Shown here piece by piece: positions 58,056 to 64,000 of a stretch of DNA of 64,000 nt (its first letter is position 1; every line of letters starts with the position of its first letter). Origin of the DNA: Bradymonadales bacterium (GTDB lineage Bacteria; Bdellovibrionota; UBA2394). Both the position numbers and the translations under genes were made by a program. A model generated the notes under the pieces. It ran no database searches. It was not told where the DNA came from and saw only the letters and a list, made by a program, of their open reading frames with translations. The stretch lies in assembly GCA_007693605.1 (NCBI GenBank), contig REDG01000056.1, forward strand, positions 4,358-68,357. The letters are read 5' to 3'.

Positions 58056-58679
58056 GTGGGCCCTTCTTCTAAAGCCTTTACTTTGATTGAGCTGATGATC
58101 GCGGTGGCGATTATTGGGGTTTTGGCGGCGGTGGCGATTCCCGCCTATCAGGCCTACTTAAGACGAAGTGCGATCTCAGAGGCCCAGTCCGGCTTGGCTC
58201 AGATTAAGCCGGCCATGGAAGCCTACTACGCGCTTACAAGAGATTATATCTCTGCGGCTCCGAATCCGGCTGGGGCGGCGGCTCCCACAAATCGCGCCGC
58301 ATGGGACCCCGCAATTGTCGGCTGGGGGCCCAATGCTTTGAACACGCGGCCCGATCGCTTTGTCAGATTTCAGTATCAGGTTTGGGCGACGACGGCTGCG
58401 CCCTCTGCAACAGGGGATTGTGGCGCAGGGGGCCTATGTGATGCTACGGCTGCGAATTCTAGAATTGAAGCTTTTCAGGCGACGGCTTCAGGAGATCGTT
58501 GTTTCTCTGGGGCGGTGGCTGCATCTGCATCTGGAGTCTTTGTTGAGACAAGCTTTCAGGGGACAGATTGGTTTGTGATTGGCGCGAGAGCGAATTTGAA
58601 TTCTTCTTCGGATCCTTGGAGCAGTCTTTTTCTGCCGGTAGATGAAACTCGAATTTTTGAATGTAATTTAGGAGATTAG
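58056..58679 (+). CDS. pilA: Type IVa pilin paralog 1 (about 200 aa, 4 Cys)
   Basis: N-terminal …SKA|[27 protein letters not shown], the class III signal/N-methyl-Phe region. GTG start. C-terminal …IFECNLGD. Confidence 0.75.
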   Translation: MGPSSKAFTLIELMIAVAIIGVLAAVAIPAYQAYLRRSAISEAQSGLAQIKPAMEAYYALTRDYISAAPNPAGAAAPTNRAAWDPAIVGWGPNALNTRPDRFVRFQYQVWATTAAPSATGDCGAGGLCDATAANSRIEAFQATASGDRCFSGAVAASASGVFVETSFQGTDWFVIGARANLNSSSDPWSSLFLPVDETRIFECNLGD

Positions 58680-59312
58680 GTGCATTTTCGTTTCGTTATG
58701 GAAGCCCAAAACTCAAGAGCCTTCACTTTGATTGAGTTGATGCTCGTGATCGTCATCATTGGTCTCTTGGCGGCAGTGGCCATTCCGAGTTATCAGGCCT
58801 ATCTTCGTCGGGGCTATTTGGCCGAAGCCGTGAGCGGCTTGTCGACCGCTAAGGCTGCGCAAGAGAGTTTCTTTAGCTTGAATCGAGTTTATATTTCGAC
58901 GGCCCCCAACCCTGGCAGTGTGCCGGCCAATCAGTCCGTAGCTTGGGATGCTGCCGTTGTGGGCTGGCGAGCCGATGGCTTAGGAGTGCGACCGGATTCT
59001 CGAACTCGATTTCAGTTTCAGATTTGGGCGACAGCGGCTGCTCCTGGAGCTTCTGGAACTCTAACTTGTGCGACGGGTGGGGCTTGTACAGCGGCAGAGG
59101 CGAACACTGAGATTGAAGCCTTTCAAGGACAAAGCCCTTGCTTCACGACCAATGTGGTTGGTGCCAACGGGACTTTTGTGGATACGGGATTTTCTGGGGC
59201 GAACTGGTATGTGATTGGGGCCACGGGAGATTTGAGGCCGGGCGGTGTAAGAACTTCGATGTTTACGGCAGTAGGAGATTCCAGAGTTTTTGAATGTCAT
59301 CCAGGAGAGTGA
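58680..59312 (+). CDS. pilA: Type IVa pilin paralog 2
   Basis: …NSRA|[34 protein letters not shown] before the GTG at 58680. C-terminal …VFECHPGE. Confidence 0.75.
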   Translation: MHFRFVMEAQNSRAFTLIELMLVIVIIGLLAAVAIPSYQAYLRRGYLAEAVSGLSTAKAAQESFFSLNRVYISTAPNPGSVPANQSVAWDAAVVGWRADGLGVRPDSRTRFQFQIWATAAAPGASGTLTCATGGACTAAEANTEIEAFQGQSPCFTTNVVGANGTFVDTGFSGANWYVIGATGDLRPGGVRTSMFTAVGDSRVFECHPGE

Positions 59313-59966
59313 TTGAGAGTGAATAGACTGTTTGTGAAAAGAGAGCGCGGCTTTACCCTGATTGAATTGATGATCGTGATTGCGATTGTGGGAGTTTTGG
59401 CGGCCATTGCGATCCCTGCCTATCAAAGCTATCTGAGAAGGGGTTACGCAAGTGAAGCCCAAAAGGGCTTAGCAGAGATTCGAGCCGCTCAAGAGGCTTT
59501 TTTTTCGACCAGACGCGGTTATATTTCTGCGGTTGCAAATCCGGCAGCGGTGCCTGAGTCGGGCCGAGCGGCTGCTTGGGTTGTAGACGCGGACGGATGG
59601 AATCAAGAGGGCTTAGGGGTTCGACCTGGGCGCCAAGTGAGATTTCAGTATCAGGTTTGGGCCACGGCGGATGCTCCTGGAGCTTCTGGAACTCCAACTT
59701 GTGCGACGGGTGGGGCTTGTACAGCAGGAGACGCGAACACTCAGATTGAAGCCTTTCAAGGGTATTCGGCAGATCGATGCTTTACGGGCTATATGATTGG
59801 CACTGGTGCAGACAACGGCTTGTTTATTCATACCGGTCGCTATGCTCGAGCCGTTTGGTTCGTGGTTGGTGCGCGATCAAACTTCAATCCTGCCAATAAC
59901 CGCCAGACGAGCTTCTTCTTGGCCGTCGACAACTCCACCATCTTTGAATGCAATCTGGGAGATTGA
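59313..59966 (+). CDS. pilA: Type IVa pilin paralog 3
   Basis: …KRERG|[27 protein letters not shown], a canonical G-1. Possible start GTG 59334 (MKRERG leader). C-terminal …IFECNLGD. Confidence 0.75.
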   Translation: MRVNRLFVKRERGFTLIELMIVIAIVGVLAAIAIPAYQSYLRRGYASEAQKGLAEIRAAQEAFFSTRRGYISAVANPAAVPESGRAAAWVVDADGWNQEGLGVRPGRQVRFQYQVWATADAPGASGTPTCATGGACTAGDANTQIEAFQGYSADRCFTGYMIGTGADNGLFIHTGRYARAVWFVVGARSNFNPANNRQTSFFLAVDNSTIFECNLGD

Positions 59967-59976
59967 GCCCTTGATC

Positions 59977-61050
59977 TCAGGGAGTTCTCACCACTCGGCT
60001 TTGAGTCATTTGATAGGCTGCAAAACTCGCGCCCCCAGCCACCAAACCTACACCCAGCCAAAACCAGGGCGACTTCAAGAATTTCAGATTCTCCGCATCT
60101 TGCTTCGCTTCGAACGCAGAGTCTGACTCTCTTCTAAAGGCCTCCAAGATCTCTGAAGACTGAGTGTCAGCCATTCTCTGAGGAACTCTTGGCTGGGTGG
60201 ACACTGGAAGAGAGCGTTGATTTTGAAGCAAAATATTTTCGAGTTCGCCCCGGATGTTCTTTCGAAGTAGGCGAAGAGACTGGTCGGTGGAGTTCAAAAT
60301 TCGCCTTTGTTTGGCCCAGGTCTCAAGCTTTGGGCTCTGCCAGAGCGAGTAGCTCTTGACGGTTTTCAGGCGGGGTTCTTGCAGTCCTGGCTGAAGCTCA
60401 AGCTGAAGGACCTGCAACTCAGAAGCTGTCAAGAGGTGAAGAAGGTGACTGCCCGTAACGAGCTTTGGCTTGTCCGGAAGCGGAGAGAAGTTCAGCCAGA
60501 TCATGGAGGCTCCCTCGACGACTTCCTTCGGCAAGCGAAGACTTGTTGCGCTCTGCCTCTTGATTTCTGCTTGAGCCCGAGAGGGGAGCCGACTCACAAA
60601 GGCATCTTCATGGCCATAGCGGTAGGCCGATGCAGGAATTTCTCTCTCGCCTCGATTGACCGTCCAGACGAGCCAAGAGAGTTCTTGGAGTCGATGATCC
60701 AGTTCAAGCTGCTGATGAAACAAAAATCTCTGATCTAGGTCTCTTTGGGCTTCTCTCAAAATCAACCAGGCGCGATCAAAGTCTCGGGACAAAAAGGCCC
60801 TTTCGGCTTCCTCCACCTTCGCCTCTATTTCTCTTGAGTTGTCCGGAATCAAACGAGAATGCTCGGCCTGAATTCGATATTCCAATTCCAGAATCTGATC
60901 TTGATTCAAATTCTGATGACCCGCACCGAGGCTCTGAGGGTCATAGAGCGCTTGGGAATAAAGGCCAACCGACTGGCAAAACAAAGCTGCAAACAAGATG
61001 AAGACCGCTCTCATAGGCATCGACTTGCTGCACAGAATGGTCTTTGTCAA
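59977..61050 (-). CDS. Hypothetical secreted protein with C-terminal TM anchor
   Basis: Signal peptide MPMRAVFILFAALFCQSVGLYSQA. C-terminal WFWLGVGLVAGGASFAAYQM. It converges on the pilin genes with a 10-bp gap. Confidence 0.45.
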   Translation of the reverse strand: MTKTILCSKSMPMRAVFILFAALFCQSVGLYSQALYDPQSLGAGHQNLNQDQILELEYRIQAEHSRLIPDNSREIEAKVEEAERAFLSRDFDRAWLILREAQRDLDQRFLFHQQLELDHRLQELSWLVWTVNRGEREIPASAYRYGHEDAFVSRLPSRAQAEIKRQSATSLRLPKEVVEGASMIWLNFSPLPDKPKLVTGSHLLHLLTASELQVLQLELQPGLQEPRLKTVKSYSLWQSPKLETWAKQRRILNSTDQSLRLLRKNIRGELENILLQNQRSLPVSTQPRVPQRMADTQSSEILEAFRRESDSAFEAKQDAENLKFLKSPWFWLGVGLVAGGASFAAYQMTQSRVVRTP

Positions 61051-61085
61051 TCAAAGGAGAGGATGGAAGCCCCCTTCCGTTGAGA

Positions 61086-62072
61086 TCAACCCCCCTTTGG
61101 GCTGCCTGGCGGTGGGGCGCTTTTGGTCCAGAATCCGTAGAAAAAGCCCTTAAACCAAGAGAAGCCTGCAAGAAATATCTGCAAGAAGAGGGGGCCTCTT
61201 TGGGGGCGAAAAAACAAAAGCGAAAAACCCAATATAAGGATTGAGAACAGAGCCCACCAGATCTTAAAAATCGCCAGAATCAGAGCTGTGCAGATAAAGA
61301 GGCCGGGAAGAATAAGACCGACCCAATGAAGCAGGCGGTGGGGACCTCGTTCTCTGAAAAGCTTTCCTTGAGCTCGACCGTAGGCGAACATCACTTTGTC
61401 GAATTGAGCGAGTGTTTCGGGCCGGTGATGGTAAACTCGCGCTAGAGAGTGGTAAGCGATTTTTCCCCCCGACCTTCTCAGCCTCCAGTCGAATTCATAG
61501 TCTTCGCCCGGAAAGAGATCTTCTCGAAAACCTTCGAGCTTTAAAAAGACCCCTTTTCTATAAGCCACATTACAAAGCGGGTTGTGATCGGTCTCAAAAA
61601 TTTCGCTGGAGTCTCGAGATCGTTTGTAGAAAGAAATCAGCCAAGCCATCGATCGAAAAAATCTCTCGATGGCTTGCTGAAAAGAATTTGACTTTGGATG
61701 AGCCAACTGGGGACCCCCCACAGAATCAAATGAACTCTGTTCAAAAGCTTTCACAAGCTCTTCGATCCAATTGGGAAAGGCTTCGCAGTCGGCATCCATA
61801 AAGGCCAGAATTTCTGCTTGGCTCTCTTGAGCCGCTCGATTGCGAGCACGGCCTGGCCCCAGCTTGCCCCATTGCCGAAGTCGAAGCCGTTTTGGATGCT
61901 TTTCGGCAAAGCTTTTCACAATGGCCGCCGTTCGATCGACCGAAGCGTCATCAATAATCGTCACGACAAAATTCTCGTAGCTCTGAGACAGCAAGCTTTT
62001 TAAGCAGGCCTCAATAATTTTTTCCTCATTGTAGGCAGGAATAATCACTTCTACTGAGGCGCGCTCAGACAT
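61086..62072 (-). CDS. Glycosyltransferase family 2
   Basis: VIIPAYNEE…SQSYENFVVTIIDDAS (the DXD region). 328 aa with C-terminal TM helices. Confidence 0.75.
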   Translation of the reverse strand: MSERASVEVIIPAYNEEKIIEACLKSLLSQSYENFVVTIIDDASVDRTAAIVKSFAEKHPKRLRLRQWGKLGPGRARNRAAQESQAEILAFMDADCEAFPNWIEELVKAFEQSSFDSVGGPQLAHPKSNSFQQAIERFFRSMAWLISFYKRSRDSSEIFETDHNPLCNVAYRKGVFLKLEGFREDLFPGEDYEFDWRLRRSGGKIAYHSLARVYHHRPETLAQFDKVMFAYGRAQGKLFRERGPHRLLHWVGLILPGLFICTALILAIFKIWWALFSILILGFSLLFFRPQRGPLFLQIFLAGFSWFKGFFYGFWTKSAPPPGSPKGG

Positions 62073-62144
62073 GACTTCATTTTTCTTGGAAATTCAAATT
62101 AAGGGAAGTCTCAATTCAGGAACTCATGTTAGTCTTGCCGCAGG

Positions 62145-63482
62145 GTGAGCGAAAAGACTGTCATTTTGGGGGCGGGCCCCTGTGGCTTGGGCGCAGGCTA
62201 TCGATTGAAAGATTTGGGTCTGAGCAACTTCGAGATCTACGAAGCGGAGAGCTACCCTGGCGGCCTTGCGACGAGTTTTGTCGATGCCGAAGGCTTCACC
62301 TGGGATATTGGCGGCCATGTTCAGTTTTCTCATTACGAGGAGTTCGATCGTGTGATGAACGAGGCCCTGGGGGATGAGTGGCTGACTCACGAGAGAGAGT
62401 CTTGGGTTTGGATTTTTGATCGCTTCACTCCCTACCCCTTTCAGAAGAATCTTTGGAGATTGCCGAAGACTGTTCAAGAGGATTGCATTGCGGGTCTAGA
62501 GAAGCTGCAAGAGAAAAAGACGCTTCCACCCACCAATTTCAAGGAGTGGATTCTTCAATCTTTTGGCGAGGGAATTTCTGAAGTTTTTATGCTGCCCTAC
62601 AATTTTAAGGTCTGGGCCTATCCCCCTGAGATGATGGACTATCGTTGGATTGGGGAGCGTGTGGCGACGATCGATCTGCCAGAGCTGAAGAAGAAGACCG
62701 CTCAACAGCAGGATGATGTCTCGTGGGGGCCTAACGCCGTTTTTCGATTTCCAAAAAAAGGGGGCACAGGAGCCATCTGGAAGAGGGTGGCGGAACTTGT
62801 CGGCCTTGAAAAGATTCGCTTCTCAAAGCGGGTGGTTCGGATTGATCCCGACCAGCGCCGGCTGTTTTTTCAAGATGGAACTGAAAGCGCTTATGATTCT
62901 CTGTTGTCGACTCTAGCGATCGACGATCTCTGTCGCCTTGCGAAGATTCCGATGAGCGGAGAGCTTTTGTCGTCTAGCTCTCATATCATTGGCATTGGCT
63001 TAGAGGGGAAGACCCCAGAAGCTCTTCAAACGAAGTGTTGGATGTACTTTCCGGAAAGCCATTCTCCCTTCTATCGAGTCACGGTTTTCTCGAACTACTC
63101 ACCTTTTAATGTCCCAGATTCAACTCGACACTGGAGTTTAATGTGTGAGGTGTCGGAGTCTTCCTTTAAGCCGGTCCAGAAAGAGACTTTGATCGAGGAC
63201 TGTATTGCAGGCCTGAGGGCCACTCGTCTGATCTCAGAGAGAGATCGGATTGTATCAAGATGGCAGTATTGCGCGAGAAAGGGCTACCCAACCCCAAGTC
63301 TGGGTCGCGACCAGATCTTGGCAGTGGCCAACTCCAAGTTGGCGGCGAAGGGAATCTACTCGAGAGGTCGTTTCGGACAGTGGAGATACGAGGTTTCGAA
63401 TCAAGACCACACCTTTATGCAGGGTTGGGAGTGGGCCGATTGGCGCCACACAGGAAAGAAAGAAAAAACAATTTTCGGCTAG
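62145..63482 (+). CDS. FAD/NAD(P)-binding oxidoreductase (amine-oxidase / UDP-galactopyranose-mutase-like fold)
   Basis: N-terminal Rossmann VILGAGPCGLGAGYRL…YEAESYPGG. 445 aa, adjacent to the GT2. Confidence 0.55.
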   Translation: MSEKTVILGAGPCGLGAGYRLKDLGLSNFEIYEAESYPGGLATSFVDAEGFTWDIGGHVQFSHYEEFDRVMNEALGDEWLTHERESWVWIFDRFTPYPFQKNLWRLPKTVQEDCIAGLEKLQEKKTLPPTNFKEWILQSFGEGISEVFMLPYNFKVWAYPPEMMDYRWIGERVATIDLPELKKKTAQQQDDVSWGPNAVFRFPKKGGTGAIWKRVAELVGLEKIRFSKRVVRIDPDQRRLFFQDGTESAYDSLLSTLAIDDLCRLAKIPMSGELLSSSSHIIGIGLEGKTPEALQTKCWMYFPESHSPFYRVTVFSNYSPFNVPDSTRHWSLMCEVSESSFKPVQKETLIEDCIAGLRATRLISERDRIVSRWQYCARKGYPTPSLGRDQILAVANSKLAAKGIYSRGRFGQWRYEVSNQDHTFMQGWEWADWRHTGKKEKTIFG

Positions 63483-63570
63483 GCTCTGTCTGTGTCCTTA
63501 AGGCTGCATCGGCAAAATGAGATCTAAAGGCTAACAATTACATATGCTTAACAGGGTGACTTGAGTCTTT

Positions 63571-63660
63571 GGATAAAACTCTCAATTATTGAGAGTTTCG
63601 TGCTGCACCAGAAGGTGTAGTGTGCTAGGATAAAACTCACAGTTATTGAGAGTTTTATCC
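63571..63660. promoter_or_regulatory. Two copies of an approx 30-bp palindrome (operator-like) immediately upstream of the AbiEi-like gene
   Basis: GGATAAAACTCTCAATTATTGAGAGTTT (63571-63598) and GGATAAAACTCACAGTTATTGAGAGTTTTATCC (63628-63660). Each is an inverted repeat about a TT/TA centre. The second ends 1 bp before the ATG. Confidence 0.6.
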
Positions 63661-63661
63661 A

Positions 63662-64000
63662 ATGAAGAAAAACAATAAAAGACGACCTCCCACCGACTCT
63701 GAGGACGCCCTGTATTCTGTCGCGAGCGCACAGGAAGGGCTCTTTACAGCTCAGCAAGCTAAGGAAGCTGGCTTTGATGAACGCCATCATCCCTATCATG
63801 TAAAGGCGGGCAATTGGGTCCGAGAGCTGCGAGGAGTATACCGACTCAAGAATTTTCCGTATTCTGAAAATTCTGAGCTTGTGCAGTGGTCACTTTGGTC
63901 TCGAAACAAAGCCGACGAACCGCAAGGAGTCTTTTCTCACTACACGGCTCTTCGTATCTACGAGCTTTCTGATGCCATGCCCTCTAAAATTCACATGATC
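63662..64000 (+). CDS. Partial CDS (runs off window): AbiEi_4-like wHTH protein (type IV TA antitoxin/transcriptional regulator-like)
   Basis: …SVASAQEGLFTAQQAKEAGFDERHHPYHVKAGNWVRELRGVYRL…HYTALRIYELSDAMPSKIHMI resembles the AbiEi N-terminal domain (…GvYrl). Confidence 0.5.
   Translation, partial: MKKNNKRRPPTDSEDALYSVASAQEGLFTAQQAKEAGFDERHHPYHVKAGNWVRELRGVYRLKNFPYSENSELVQWSLWSRNKADEPQGVFSHYTALRIYELSDAMPSKIHMI

Noticed and set aside
1-64000. CRISPR arrays, IS elements or integrases
   Set aside because: No regularly spaced direct repeats were seen. No ORF has transposase (DDE) or integrase (tyrosine recombinase R..H..R..Y) signatures. The palindromes at 63571-63660 are operator-like, not CRISPR-like.

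Overview
This 64 kb window is bacterial chromosome with about 50% GC, densely coded and with many 4-bp start/stop overlaps. The gene content and the order pilB-pilT-pilC-pilS-pilR-pilA look deltaproteobacterial (Myxococcus/Bdellovibrio-like); this is an inference from the sequence, not a database hit.

Most of the window is housekeeping. I recognise typA/bipA, an oligopeptidase B, a heterodimeric ABC exporter pair, nadE, an M3 peptidase, an isoaspartyl peptidase, iscA-fdx-iscX followed by recA, an S8 protease, ffh-rpsP-trmD-(SPOUT-like)-rplS-(rnhB::yraN fusion)-rsmI-hemE, ssb, plsC, a Hanks kinase with a PEGA domain, ribF and polyprenyl synthase/UbiA-type menaquinone genes.

The parts most worth a second look are:
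- a two-gene AbiEii-like nucleotidyltransferase module with an upstream partner, between nadE and the M3 peptidase, flanked by AT-rich DNA
- a second AbiEi-like gene at the window end, preceded by two copies of a roughly 30-bp palindrome
- an OlsB/OlsA-type aminolipid (ornithine-lipid-like) synthesis pair next to an amidohydrolase
- a complete type IV pilus locus ending in three tandem, recently duplicated large pilin paralogs
- a three-hairpin structured intergenic element
- an 863-aa orphan polytopic membrane protein with a secreted partner
- tandem 'WWFWTLV'-anchored paralogs convergent with a PEGA-domain Ser/Thr kinase
- a SPOUT-like gene occupying the usual rimM slot
- an RNase HII-YraN fusion

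I found no rRNA or tRNA genes, CRISPR arrays, transposases or integrases.
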